Assembly (NCBI RefSeq): GCF_009914755.1
Contig: NC_060927.1
Strand: one strand, 5' to 3'
Length of the DNA: 64,000 bases
From: the human T2T-CHM13v2.0 reference genome, Homo sapiens
Of the stretch, positions 35,472 to 51,552 are shown one piece after another. The notes under the pieces are model-generated. The model was not told the origin of the DNA, did no database searches, and saw only the letters and a program-made list of their open reading frames with translations. Within the stretch, counting starts at the first letter, position 1. Each line of letters opens with the position of its first letter. A program made the position numbers and the translations under genes.

Positions 35472-36538
35472 TATAACCCCTCTCTATATAAACTTTTCAT
35501 AAAGGAAAGGTGATATTTTTGTAGTACCTTAGGAATTACGAATAGGAACATTTGAAATCACTGTTGAAGGGCTAAACACATAGAAAGCATTGGGTCAAAT
35601 TCTGTACTGACCACCAGACATAACCAGGAATTTAGATTCATGAATAACTTCTGACTATTAGCTTTTCTTGTGATTCATTTCTTTCTCCTAAAGCTTGAGG
35701 GCAAACAAAACAAAAATCAGGTTAATCAAATAAAATGATACATTTCTGCCTATGAATTATCTAATTTATCTATTTGTCTGTCAGTTCATCTATCTACTGA
35801 GACTTAGAAGAAGGTCTACATTCTTTCTCAGCCAGAACTGAAAATAGGGCAGACTGGATAATACAGGCTTCTTTGCTTTCCAAAAAGAGAATGACCAGAC
35901 CTCCCACTACCCCGCTTAAAAGTTATGTACAAATGACTTAGTTAAAGTGATGCAAGTTTTCCAAAATGTTGTGGGTAGCCTTGATGATGAGGAAATTATC
36001 GAAATACCGGTGCAAACAATCTCTAGAGAGTACACCAGACAATCCATTAGGGTGCAAGTAGAATATGCTGTATTAGGATATATGCATTCTCTTTATATGT
36101 AGTTTTAGTTTAAAATATTTTAAAAACATATATTGACACTTCCCTTATGATTGTCAGCCAATCACCTGTCATGTACAATGTGAAAAGGGCCTAAGGGACA
36201 AGTAGAAGATACACAATGACAACGCAACAGCACCATTGCTCATTGGTTTGCTATATATTGCAGAACACAGGTGCCTTGTTAAGTGAATTTACATATTCTG
36301 GCTCTGATTTTAACCTAACTAGTCCTCACAAAATGGGTAGGTGACTAAAAAATCTATTCCAGCAAAGAATTGAAGGTGTTAATAATGCATGTACGAGGGA
36401 ACAATTAGAAAACTGCAGGGCTAACACTTTTATTCCTGCCACAAGCTGTTGCCAGAAACACTAAAATTACCAAGAATATTATTTGAAATATCTATTTATA
36501 TACATTATCGTTATATAGGTGGCTAATATACAAAATAA

Positions 36539-36826
36539 TTTTTTCGTGAGATAGAGTCTCACTCTGTTGCCTAGGCTGGAGTGCAGTGGCGTGGTCTCAG
36601 CTCACTGCAAACTCCTCCTCCCGGGTTCAAGCAATTCTCCTCCTCAGCCTCCTGAGTAGCTGGAATTACAGGCACCTGCCACCAAGCCTGGCTAATTTTT
36701 GTATTTCTAGTAGAGACAGGGTCTCACCATGTTGACCAGGCTGGTCTCGAACTCCTGACCTCATGATCCACCTGCCTCAGCCTCCTAAAGTGCTAAGATT
36801 ACACATGTGAGCCACTGCGCCCCGCC
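36539..36826 (-). mobile_element. AluSg-like
   Basis: Short T tail; TSD acaaaataa. Confidence 0.9.
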
Positions 36827-36872
36827 ACAAAATAAATGTTTAAACTACTACTTTAAAATATTTCATGTTATT

Positions 36873-37178
<306 letters not shown>

Positions 37179-37182
37179 TTAT

Positions 37183-37875
37183 TGATAAATTGCAAAAGTG
37201 GCCACAAATTCTATCTATCCCTGTATGCTTATCCATTCACAATGTGACTTTGCAACTACTCCCATGAAGAGGTAAATTCTGTTCTATTCCTTGAATCTGA
37301 ATTTGACCATGTGGACAAAGAAATGGTTGTAAAAATTATACAAGAAGACTTAAACAGATATTTCAATATGTTTATTGAAATAATCCTGTCCCTGCTTCAT
37401 CATTATATATCACGTGTGTTGGGGCAGATAATTTGTCTTTTTAGTTCATTGGCTTCTAAAACTAGAAGAGCAATATCGGAAGAGACTCATCTGATCTGAT
37501 TTAGATTATGAGATCCCAAACCATTATTAGATGAGACTGTGGTGCAAGGATCTCATCTGCAGAAGGAATAGTTTCAGGCCTAGATCACTTTGGCTCTAAA
37601 CATAACAGTTTGCCCCTTGCAAACCCACAGGGAATACCTGCTGGATGACAAGAGATGTGTGTCCCAACCACCGCTGTCACCCAGCCAACAGCTGATCAAC
37701 CTTCAGGAGCAGAGCTGTCAGAGCAAGTTTTACCTGCTCAGAGGCACTCTGAACTAAATGAGCCAGTTGAGAAAAGCATCCAATTGATCCCAGCCAAAAT
37801 AGTTGACTTAAAAATTATAAAATAAACATAACTGTTATTCCAGGCAAATGAGTTGGCTAGAGGGTGGTTTGTCTA
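37183..37875 (+). mobile_element. MLT1H/G-like MaLR LTR, probably interrupted at ~37400-37630
   Basis: ttgcaaaagtggccacaaattc...aatgtgactttgcaactactcccatgaagagg at the start; gatcccagccaaaat...aaataaa near the end. Confidence 0.55.
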
Positions 37876-37879
37876 CTTG

Positions 37880-38310
37880 TCTGTGTCTACACCAGTTGGA
37901 TACTAAAATTCAATATAGCTTGATATCTGCTGAGGCAAATCTCTCCCCACCATACACACCTTTTCCTTCAGAAGAGTCCTGGGGCTATTCTTGGCTTTTT
38001 TTTCAGCTCTATACATTTTGAATGAGCTTATCAAGTACAGTGGAACCAAAAAATACCCTGTTGAAATTTTCACTGGAATTGTGTTAAATCTATAGATACA
38101 TTTAGAGGAACTGGCATATTTTTAATGTTGACTCTTTCTATCCATAAATAACATTTCATACATCTTTTAGATTTATTTATAAATATATTATTTTGTTGCT
38201 AATCTAAATTAGATTTTAAAAATTCTACTTTTCCAAATGATTGTGGCAGGTGTATCAAAGTGCAAATGACTTAATTGTAATAATTTGTCTGTGGGTGTCT
38301 GAAAAATTTT
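37880..38310 (-). mobile_element. Ancient L1 ORF2 fragment
   Basis: ggctattcttggc...ctggaattgtgttaaatctatagat...ttctatccataaa. Confidence 0.6.
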
Positions 38311-38312
38311 TC

Positions 38313-38982
<670 letters not shown>

Positions 38983-39639
38983 AAAATTTTCTATGTAGAC
39001 AATAATCTAGAGAAAATAGCTTTCTCTCTCTCTCTTCCCATTATACTTGATAATGGATGAGTCCAAAGTAACAGCTGCAAATACAAGAGGAAGCAGAAGG
39101 GAAAGAAAAGAAATGAAGCCAAAGTGCCCTTTTCTTCCACTATAAATTTGCAAGTCTGAAGCAGACTGAGGAAGGAGTAGCTACTCGGGTAAGAATTTCA
39201 GTTTTGATGTTACAACTGCAGGGAATAGAGGTAAATTATATTAGATAAGACTGAACTTGTATTTTCTAAGAACAATTGTAAAATCTGTGGCACAATGGAA
39301 CATTGCTCTCTTAAATGTTTCAATCAATAAAAATAACTTAAGCCTTAAAAAAGGAAGTATAACACATATTTAATGTTGCTCTGGCATGGCAAGGAAACTG
39401 AGGTAGCCATAAAAGCCAAAAAAATCAAAGTAAAAGTGGGAAATCTAAGAAGTAACCAAAAAACAAAGCCAGCATTTGCCTGAGGACACATTCAGACCCC
39501 TCCATTTCCCACCCACCCCCAGTGACTCTGAGTTTCTGCTTTCATGAATGCTCAATTCTGGTGACGTAAAGCCCAGTTGTGGTGACATAAAGCTTCCATC
39601 AACATCGGAAGTCTAGTTGGACCACTTCCTGTATAAAGC

Positions 39640-40118
39640 TGGTAGATGAATAATTGTCTCCAAAAATGTCCATATCTTACTTCCCAGAACCTACAAATAT
39701 GTGGTTACATGGAGAGGGAGAATTAAGTTTGCAGATAAAATTAAGGTTGCTAATCAGCTGACTTTAAGATAAACAGATTATCCTGGATTACCCAGTGGAC
39801 TCAGTGTAAGCAGAAGGACTCTTTAAGTGTGGAAAAGGGAGGAAGAAGGTCAAGAGTCAGAGAGATTTGAAGATGCTATCCTGCTGACTTTGAAGATGGA
39901 AGAAAAGACTATGAGCCAAGGAATGCATGTGGCCTTTAGAAACTGGGGAAGGCAAGGAAACAGATTCCCCAGTACAGCCTCCAGAAGCAACGCAGACTAG
40001 CTGACACTGATTTCAGCCCAGACTTCCAACTTTTAGAGCCATAAGATTATAAATTTGCATTGTTACTAGCCACTAAATTGGTGATAATTTGTTACAACAG
40101 CAATACAAAAGTAATACA
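39640..40118 (+). mobile_element. MLT1D-like MaLR solo LTR
   Basis: gcagataaaattaaggttgctaatcagctgac...ctttgaagatgga...gagccaaggaatgca...tttgttacaacagcaatacaaaagtaataca. Confidence 0.8.
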
Positions 40119-40215
40119 GAGCCCAAAGGGATAATATATCTTCAATACAGAAATGTTGGGGGAAATTATGGTTATGAAGAAAATAGAATAATTTTTATAA
40201 TACATGTTAAGATGG

Positions 40216-40555
<340 letters not shown>

Positions 40556-40925
40556 TCAGGAGTTCAAAGCACTCTTACTAATTGAATTTGATTTGATGAA
40601 ATTAAAAGTGTCATCTGCCTCTGAGAAAGGCAGGGCAAGATTCATTAACAATTAAATTTACTGGAAAAGGAAGAGCTGAGTCACTATGCCTGAAGCATGA
40701 GAATATCTTCATTCTGTGGAATTCAGGATCTTATAAACAGAAATAGATGCCCCTCCCAGCAATGAGTTCCTTCCTATCTTCGAGATGCTTTGATCATGCT
40801 CCCCAAATGGAAGAAATGGTTTTTGTAAGTTAAGGAAATAATTTCAATTTTATGACATTCAAAATATGAATTATGAGGGTTATTTGGGGAACAGACCACT
40901 GAAGTTCACAGAGTAAAAAAATCCA

Positions 40926-41226
<301 letters not shown>

Positions 41227-41302
41227 TCCAGGACTCCTTCTGAGACTTTTTCTAAAAGTGCTAAAAGTGCTACTGCTTCTACACATGAGAAGCGTTACAT
41301 CA

Positions 41303-41603
<301 letters not shown>

Positions 41604-41806
41604 TAGATCTTCTTTTAAGTCCATGGACCTTTGATATCACAGTAGTGACTTTACAGTTTAATATTTTTTTTTCAAAGTTTGAGTGTTTCAGAAAACTTTG
41701 GCTAAAGATTTTGTGGTGGGAGGTGTACTGACTTCAAATCACTGAAGAAAAGGCAATTTAGTTGGCCAAATGGTAGCTATGTTTGAAATGTCTCAATGTT
41801 GAGTGA

Positions 41807-42218
<412 letters not shown>

Positions 42219-42406
42219 TTAGTGCTCTTACTCTTTACCTCTGCCCCTTGCTAAAGACTCAGGAACTGAGTACTGCCAGCCTTGTATCCTCCACAGCTAC
42301 TCCAAGCAGTACCTTATCTGTGGATATCTTACTTCCCATCTTTGCATCTCATCAAATCTCAACTGTTATGATGTTCTAATTTCCCTATTTCCCTGCTTCC
42401 ACTTCC

Positions 42407-43239
<833 letters not shown>

Positions 43240-43590
43240 TCATGTTGAATGTTAGCAGTGAAGGTGAAACCTGGGAGGTGGAGGAGAAAGGAATGAAGTT
43301 AAGCTAACCTTCAAAATAAGCAGATAAGAGGATTTTGGAAATTGAGGGCAAATGAAAGGTGCTAGAATAAAGTGGAGGTAAGATAATTGGGGAAGAAGGA
43401 AAAAGGTAAACGGGTTGTTGCCAGGGGGTTGGTAAAGAATCAACTTTAATACATTTTCAAAAGCACAAAAATTAGAACATAATTCCATTTTTCTTACTAA
43501 ATAGATATTTGGTCTGAGCTTCTATGGATGAGACTGTATGCATGGACTGGACCATATAGGTCAGAGGCTAAAAGGGTTACACACTAAGTT

Positions 43591-43704
43591 TAGGGTGGCC
43601 AACTTGTATCAGTTTTCCTAGGACTTCCCCAATGTTAGCACTGAAATTTTTACATCCAGGGAACTCCTTCAGTCTTTGTCAAACTGGGATGGTTGTTTAC
43701 GCTA
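43591..43704. mobile_element. MER81-like hAT-Blackjack MITE
   Basis: Termini tagggtggccaact ... ggttgtttacgcta form a degenerate TIR; internal ttagcactgaaa; ~114 bp. Confidence 0.7.
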
Positions 43705-44109
43705 AGTTGTTAGTGACTAATAATGGCTCCATGTGTTACATTTTCTGGGAGAATAGTAAGCTCTTGGTTTTCATAAGAAAGGCTTAGAGGATGAAGAAAC
43801 TATTATGGCATTTGACTTCCAGTGATGTCCATAGAAATATTATCTTTAGTTGAAATGCAAACACTTATATTTTACATACCCACAAGTGGTTCTTGGGATT
43901 CTAATTCTAGAATCTGAATTTCTCTTTCTCCTGCTTGCAAGAGAAGACAAATATAGTACTCAGAAAAAGAGACAGTCTCGGGGGAAATTTAATGGAAAAG
44001 AAGGAGGTGGAGGAAGAGGAAGAAGTGAAAGGAAAGAGAAAGGGCTCAAAGAAGAATGAAATTTAAGTGCATGTGTGTCTATAAGGGAGAAACTCTTTTC
44101 TCTAAAAAA

Positions 44110-44328
44110 GAAGTTCTTGGCTGGAGATGATTCCATCCTCCAGGGGATATTTAGCAATGTCTGGAGATATTTTTGGTTGTGACAACCAGAAGGAAGGCAC
44201 TACTGGCATCTAGTGGGTCAATTGCTACAGGGCAAGAATGCTGCTAAACATCCTACAATGCACGGGACAGCCCTTCATAACAAAGATCTAGCCCAAAGTG
44301 TCAATAGTGCCAAGGTTGAGAAATCCTG
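44110..44328 (+). mobile_element. MER20 (hAT-Charlie)
   Basis: caggggatatttagcaatgtctggagatatttttggttgt...tactggcatctagtggg...gctaaacatcctacaatgcac...tcaatagtgccaaggttgagaaa. Confidence 0.85.
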
Positions 44329-44734
44329 ACCTAAAGAATGTATCATTAATAATGGACTAATAGACATCAGAAAAAATGTATAGAATGAGGATTGAGGACA
44401 CAGCCTCCCTATCTGTCCTTAAATCATACCATATATAGAGTGATGCTAAAAAAATGATTTTCAAGGGTCTAAAATGGTAGTGTTAGCATATAAATAGAAT
44501 GCTAAAAGAACATCAGCAAAAAGCAGGAAATAGGTGTCAATTTTTTATTTAGCTGCCCATGTCTCAGATAAAGTACTTGATGTAGAAAATAACAATACTT
44601 TTCTCCAAGGTTTTCCAATGTTAGGACAAAGGGAAGTATCCCAATTTACCCAGAATCTGTAAGACACTGTCAAATTGGAATTGAATCAGCAATTAGGACA
44701 GGTGAACTTTGCCTTATGAACATTAGAATCAGCC

Positions 44735-45050
44735 AATTTATTCACTCAACAAGCATATTCTTTCATGCCAGGATTCTTGAGGAAACTGGGGATGCAAAGA
44801 TGAACATGATACACTGAAGGTACAAAAAATATAATTATTTATTGAAGATGAGCATTGTGTCATGGGAGCACAGCAAAGGAAAGACTCATTCTGCTTGAAG
44901 GTGTCTCAGAATAGGTAAAATTCTACCCGGCCCTTGAAAGATGAGTAGTAAATAACCCATCAGCGACAGGGCAAGATAAGGACAATCCTGGCCAAGGCTG
45001 CAGAGAGTGCAAATCATGGAGGCTTTAAAGAGGGGTAGACCTTGACATTT
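44735..45050 (-). mobile_element. L2 3' fragment
   Basis: ttattcactcaacaagcat...tgccagg...ctggggatgcaaagatgaaca. Confidence 0.55.
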
Positions 45051-45923
45051 GAGCAACTCATCTTTGTGGCTAGATTTCATGGAGAAAAGAAAGAAGTGAT
45101 TGTGTATCAGATGTCAAGAAAAAGACTACCATAATGCCTACATGTCATCCTCTCAAGTCAAACAGCATATACATTCTCCCCCATGCCCATCATTGTCCTC
45201 TCCCAACTCAGAGGCTTAGACCACATGTCCCCCTCTCTCTGCCTATTCAAGGTCCCTGCAAATATCCCTCAGACCAAAGAGATGCTTCCGTGCTTGCACT
45301 ACGCATAGTTTATGTCATTTAACATTCATTTGTAACTCTGTTAGGGTGGCTGCATCTCCTGAGTATAAATTGTATCCTTGCCCATCTATGTCATGAACTT
45401 TCCAAAAGATGGACCAGATATATATGGCTTGAAGCTCCCAAGGACATATTGCCACATCCCTGGCAATCATATTATAGACTAAATGTTGGTGAGTTAATAT
45501 TATAAGAACACTGTTGGTGTCGACAAAATGGAAAAGGAAACTTAAGTCTGAAACAATGTGGTGCTCTGCTGAAGTGTTATTTCAAAAAGAAAAAGAAATC
45601 ATTCTTCTAGAAGTGGGATTAGTAAAGCTTACGTATTTAGTACCTGACACAAACTGGACACTCAATAAATATTTGTCCCATAAGTAAAATATCAAATTTT
45701 ATTGCCCAAGTTGAGTTGATGTTAATGGTTAGATTGCTTACTCTACAGGTCATCTCACTCTTCATATCAGCAATCTATTCCTGTGTTGCTGCTTTCAACC
45801 CACAAAGGCAATAATCAATTGCCCTGATACTCTCTTACATTCCCCAAAATGTATGAACACATGAACCTACTGCTAAGCCTCCAATAGGTTTTACCTCAGT
45901 TACCAATAGAAAATAGGTAACAA

Positions 45924-46222
45924 GGCCGGGTGAGATGGATCACGCCTGTAATCCCAGGACTTCAGGAGGCCGAGGCTGGCAGATCACCTGAGGTCGGGAG
46001 TTTGAGACCAGCCTGACCAACAAGGAGAAACCCCGTCTCTACTAAAAATACAAAATTAGCCAGGCGTGGTAGTGCATGCCTGTAATCCCAGCTACTCGGG
46101 AGGCTGAGACAGGAGTATCACTTGAACCCGGGAAGTAGAAGTTGCCATGAGCCGAGATAGCACCAGCCGAGATCACACTCCAGCCTGGGCAACAAGAGTG
46201 AAACTCCGTCTCCAAAAAAAAA
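45924..46222 (+). mobile_element. AluSp-like
   Basis: gtcgggag...ctgaccaacaaggagaaa; TSD gaaaatag(g/a)taaca. Confidence 0.9.
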
Positions 46223-46727
46223 GGAAAATAGATAACAGATAGTGTATTGAAATACATAAAGTCCCTATCACAGTTTGTGACATATTGTAGGTGCTCAATG
46301 AAAGGTGGCTATTATAACTTATCTTGTTACTATGGAACCCGATGGTCACAATTCTCCCAAACGTGTGTGTGCGTGTGTGTGTCTTACACACCTACCCAGA
46401 AAGGGCAATTATGCAGTCAGCGATCATCTGCTCAGTACATGTTCTTTAGAAAATCTTTTGACACTTCCCCCTAGAATCATTTCACTAATCAGTGCCATTA
46501 TTTAATATTGCCATAATCCCTTGTCCCTTATTTCAATGATAGTATTTTTCTCTTTGTCCAGAGATTTCCTGTTCAGACTTGATTGCTGTTTTGTACTGCA
46601 GTTATTCTGTACTTGTATAACAGAATCAACCTGCAAAATATAAGTAATATCATATTTTCAGAACCAGCCATTAAACACTGATTAAATAATAAAACTTATA
46701 TTTTTCTTATCATTAAAAAACACATGG

Positions 46728-46910
46728 GGCTAGGCATGGTGGCTCATGCCTGTAATCCCAGCACTTTGGGTGGCTGAGGTGGGAGCAATCCCTTGAGTCC
46801 AGGAATTCGAGACCAGCCTGGGCAACAGAACCCCATCTCTAAAAAAAGAAAAAAAATCGTATAAAAAATAAAAAGTAAAAAAAGAAAAAATTACTAAACA
46901 AAGAAACAAA
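46728..46910 (+). mobile_element. FLAM / Alu left monomer
   Basis: Single monomer followed by a long A-rich tail. Confidence 0.8.
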
Positions 46911-46930
46911 CAAAATATGGTAGCACATAT

Positions 46931-47634
46931 TGTAATGCCAAAGGTTCTTGCCTTAGCCACGCCAAAGAATTAGTGTGGCGGCTGCCCGCGGAGAGTGATG
47001 GAGACACGGACCAAGAGAAAAAAAGCTGTAGGCTTTATTGAGCAGAGTGACAGTACAAAGCTTCCACAGTGTGGAAGGGGTCCCCAGCGGGTAGCCAGAG
47101 TTAGATTATGCAATTGCCTTTTAAACTCTTTAAAGCGGGAAATACGTGCCTGCAGAGGGAAGATGTTGCCAGAGCAGAAACAAAGGCAGTAAATTATTTT
47201 GTGACATGTTTTAGATTTTGAGGAAAACTGGAATTGCAACTTAGGTTTTATCTACTTTATGACCTTGCAGCGGCATGGCAAAGGAGACAGGATCTCACAG
47301 GACTTTACAAAGCATGTTTACAAGGAATTGGAATTAGGAGCATAGATAAGGTCCAGCAGAAAATGGGCATTTAACGTTCCTTTTAGTTTTAGGGGAGGGG
47401 GAAGAGAGAGAGGGAGAGAGGACACAGGGAAACTTACAGCAAAATTTTTGCTGTTTATAGGTTTCTTGGGGAAGAAAACACATGCACAAATCCTGGTGTT
47501 AGGAATATTTTAAGCATATATCTTCAATATTATTCATCCAGGACCGAAATAAGTCCTGATGCAGGAAATGAGTGAGTTTCACAGCTTTCTGAGCCCCTAC
47601 TTGACCCAGGAAGCCAAGCTGGAACGTCCTCTCA
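46931..47634 (-). mobile_element. ERV1 solo LTR (MER50-like), complete
   Basis: TG...CA termini, 4-bp TSD atat at 46927-46930 and 47635-47638, AATAAA on the minus strand at ~47034-47039, length 704 bp. Family name is from recall. Confidence 0.8.
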
Positions 47635-48544
47635 ATATTATAGATATCTATACTAGTCATGCAAAAATAAATAGGTGGATGGGTTTCTTTGCTTTGAACT
47701 GAGAAATACTATGGTTAAAAAGCTTCAAGTGTTAATAACCTTACTTGCTTTCATTATACACAGTACTATCTAGGCCTTCAGTGGTGAGATAATCTGGTAA
47801 CTGGTCACAGGCTATAAATCCTAAGGCCAAGGAAATAACAATTTACTGCAGGCTACCAGATCAGACAAAAAAAAAAAAAAAAAGAACAAACAAACAAACA
47901 AAAACACTTAACAGGGAACGTGTCATACTCTAGGACCCAGCTAGTACCAAGGCCAGCAGAAATTTGGGTGTAGTCCTGGCTAACCCCAAAGCCCATGATA
48001 CTTCTCTTATTCTTGCCTCCCACTGCCTCTGGAAGGCAGAATGCAGTGTGTGAATGACTCCTGAAACCCACTCTTCTCACTCAATATTGGGAACCTAATT
48101 TGTTATTCTATCAGGACTATGCAAGGAGGTAAGGCTTCAAAGAATCAGTCCAAAAACAAATTTCCAACATCTCCTATACATATGCAGATAATTGAAGACT
48201 AGAAGGTAGGCAGTTTGTTGCACATCTATAAATAACGTTGACCCTGGTCAACCATTTTCCACAGACAACTCTTTTGGTGCTGACTTCAAGTAGTGGTTTT
48301 GTGTAGTCCCATGTTGGTTTCTGGATAGTTCAAGATGAGATGGACAATTTTACAGTTAAGGAGGTAGGGGCAGCGGGGGGTGGATATCACTGTCTTCCTC
48401 CTTCCTCAGGGCTTGTCAGACCAGTTGGAAGGGGATGAACTTGTCAGTTGCTGGAAGCAATTTTCAGGCCCTGTGGACTGTAGAAAGGGTTTTAATCAAT
48501 CTGGTATTTCCTAGTCCTGACTCTCCTAGGCCAAACTTGGCCCA

Positions 48545-48800
48545 GCTAACTTCCTCACTTCCCTAGGGGCTTCCCTTTCTTAAGGAGATAACTCTCTTTT
48601 GACTTAGCCAAGGCTAGGCTCAGGTGTGGGGAAGGAAGTCTTTAAATAATTTGTACTTTAATTAAAGGAGGAAGTAAAAAAGAAAAAAAGAAAACAAAAC
48701 AAAACAAAAAACAAGAAAGAGGAAAAGCCAGCTGTTTTCTGCAAACCTTTGACACAACAGCTGTGCACTCTTCTCCTGCTCCAGTAGAAACTGGCTTCCT
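48545..48800. promoter_or_regulatory. Candidate enhancer/promoter: ETS/PU.1, NF-kB, GATA and E-box cluster
   Basis: Motif matches only: acttcctc 48549, acttccc 48557, ggggcttccc 48566, agataa 48586, caggtg 48621, aggaagt 48633, gaggaagt 48668, cagctg 48729 and 48758. Confidence 0.35.
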
Positions 48801-48974
48801 CCCCAACCCTGAATGTTGCTTTTCTAGTCTCCTTAGTTTATCCCAATGGCTGTGACCTTGCCACTATCATTTCACCTGTAAGTAAGATTCTGAGATATGT
48901 TAAGTGAGCTCAGAGACAGCTTGTTCAGTTCTTCACTCGGCTATGATCAAAGCTATACGTTTCACATAATAGCC

Positions 48975-49085
48975 ATAATAGATAACACTTTATAAATACA
49001 ACCTCGTTTAATCCTCAAAGTTACCCAATGAGGAAGATTGTATTATTATCCTCATTTCACAGGTGATGAAAGTGAGATGTAGGTC
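48975..49085 (-). mobile_element. MIR
   Basis: tttaatcctcaaag...attattatcctcatttcacaggtgatgaaagtgag. Confidence 0.65.
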
Positions 49086-49125
49086 CTATGTCCGAGTCAC
49101 CTAACTTCAAAACCTATTCCATAAA

Positions 49126-49290
49126 TCAGAGGATCACAAAAAGTCTTCACATCAGAAGGGTGCTTGGTCAAAAACATAGATTTCTAGGCAGCCAACTCAG
49201 AGATTCTGACTGAGTAAATGTGGAGTGAAGCCCAGTAATCTGTTTTTTAACAAATGTCTCTGTTGAAGCAAGAGTTTAAATCTTTACAAT
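49126..49290. mobile_element. MER5-like hAT-Charlie
   Basis: cagagattctgactgagtaaatgtggagtgaagcccagtaatctgttttttaacaa. Confidence 0.6.
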
Positions 49291-49426
49291 GCTACTCTAT
49301 AATTTTGTATATTCTGCTTGGCACAGCCCTTTCTCAATTCTTAGTTCTAATTAATCACTCCTTCCACTGGATTCCTGTTCTCATGCCTGGTGCAGCAGGA
49401 ACCGCATTGTGTTAAAATCAGCTCTC

Positions 49427-49727
49427 TTTTTCCTTTTTTTTTTTGTTTTAGACAGAGTCTCTCTGTTGCCCAGGCTGGAGTGCAGTGGCACGATCTCTGC
49501 CCACTGCAATCCCTGCCTCCAGGTTCAAGTGATTCTCGTGCCTCAGCCTCCCAAAAAGCTGGAACTACAGGCGTCTGCCACCATGCCCGGCTAATTTTTG
49601 TATTTTTAGCAGAGACAGGGTTTCACCATGTTGGTCAGGCTGGTGTCGAACACTTGACCTCAAGCAATCCACCCACCTCAGCCTCCTAAAGTGTTGGGAT
49701 TAAAGGTGTGAGCCACCATGCGCGGCC
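49427..49727 (-). mobile_element. AluS (Sz/Sx-like)
   Basis: TSD aaaat(c/g)agctct. Confidence 0.9.
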
Positions 49728-50378
49728 AAAATGAGCTCTTTTTATGTCTGTCTCCCTGACTAGATGGGGAGCTACTTGATGTCCAGGATCCTGTTTCTTC
49801 TTTCTTTCTTTTTCCTGGGTTGCTCATTCCATTAATCTTTACGTAGCTGGGTTCTCCTCATCATTTAGACCTCAACTTGAAAGTTCCCTCCTCAGAGAAG
49901 TCTGTTCTGATAACGCAATCAAGAAGCCCTCCAGTCATTCTCTGTCATATCCCATTTCCTCATCTAGTGTAAAGCACAGCAGATGCTCAACTGCAACTGG
50001 ATTACCCAAATGCAGCTTAAATACATTCTTAGGACACCAAAAACAGAGGCATCAAAAGAACTTTTTTTAAGTTAAAAAGTGGTTATTTTTAAACTACAGA
50101 AAAAGTCATTTGAAAATTATCAGGATCTTGCTGGTCTCCCACTTACATTATGGACTAGTATTATTTTTATATAGAATTACATATTGAGTATGGACTCTAT
50201 AACATTTTTGAACTTTGAGTCTCTAAAGGTTTTAATCTGGCACTCTGCATAGTACCTGCTTATCAATATCTTTGTTTTCCAAAACATATTGAAAATATGT
50301 TGGATGGGTATCATTATCCAGTCTTACCTCGAAGAGGTTAAAAAACAGAAGCACAAAAAAGAACAGAAAAAACATTGA

Positions 50379-50682
<304 letters not shown>

Positions 50683-51174
50683 CGAACTGATTTTTTGGAA
50701 TCCTTCCTGAATTTGAGCATTTTACTGGGAATAGAATATTAGACTAATAAATTGAGCATTGAACAATGCCCAAAGAGTATGTTCTTTCCTTGCAAAAAGC
50801 CTCTTGAGCATTAAAGAATCTACTCTCCAGAGGTTTAATTTGGGCAAGACCCTCACCACGATGAGTTCACTTCATTTTTCTTACTCATGAAATATGGGAA
50901 CCAAACTAGATAACCTGTAAGATGTGGACCACCTAAGCATTAGACAATTCTACCTTGAGACGTTAAAAAAAAAAAAAGTGCGTGACTCAAGATTTTTTAC
51001 CAGAAACTCTTCTTCCCCTGATTAAGGTGACTCATCATTCTATCAAAGAAAGAAATGATCTGGCATTATTTATACTCCTCAGGGTCCCACTTGTTATTCT
51101 GCTGGGGCTTGAGTTTGTCTCATATGAGACTAGTCTTTGATTTTCTGCATTCTTTAGGATAAATTTAGATGGCA

Positions 51175-51552
51175 CTGGGCTCCATATCCACAGCCGCCAG
51201 CATGGTCCAAGCCATTGTCATCTCTTGCCTCAGGTCCTGCAGTAGTCTCCAGACTGGCTTTTCTGCTTCCACTCTTGCATCATTGTAATTCTTTCTCCAA
51301 GTAGACCTCAGAGTGATTTTTTAAAAAATATGTCAGATTCAATCACTCCTTGCGTAAAATATTTTATTTACTTCCTTTCGCATTTAGAATCAAATCCCAA
51401 TTCCTTACCCTTGCCTTCGAGGCCCTGCGTGATGAACGATCTAGCTCCTACCTCCTCTTTGGCTTCCTTGCCCATTACGCTCCCCTCGTATGATATGCTC
51501 CAGCCAGACCGATCTGCTGGTTCTTCCCTGCACATGCCAGGCTCATTCATAC
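51175..51552 (+). mobile_element. L2 fragment, interrupted by the LTR10
   Basis: tggtccaagccattgtcatctcttgcc...cttccactcttgc...cagagtgatttttt...atttagaatcaaatcc; resumes at ~52036-52095. Confidence 0.7.
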
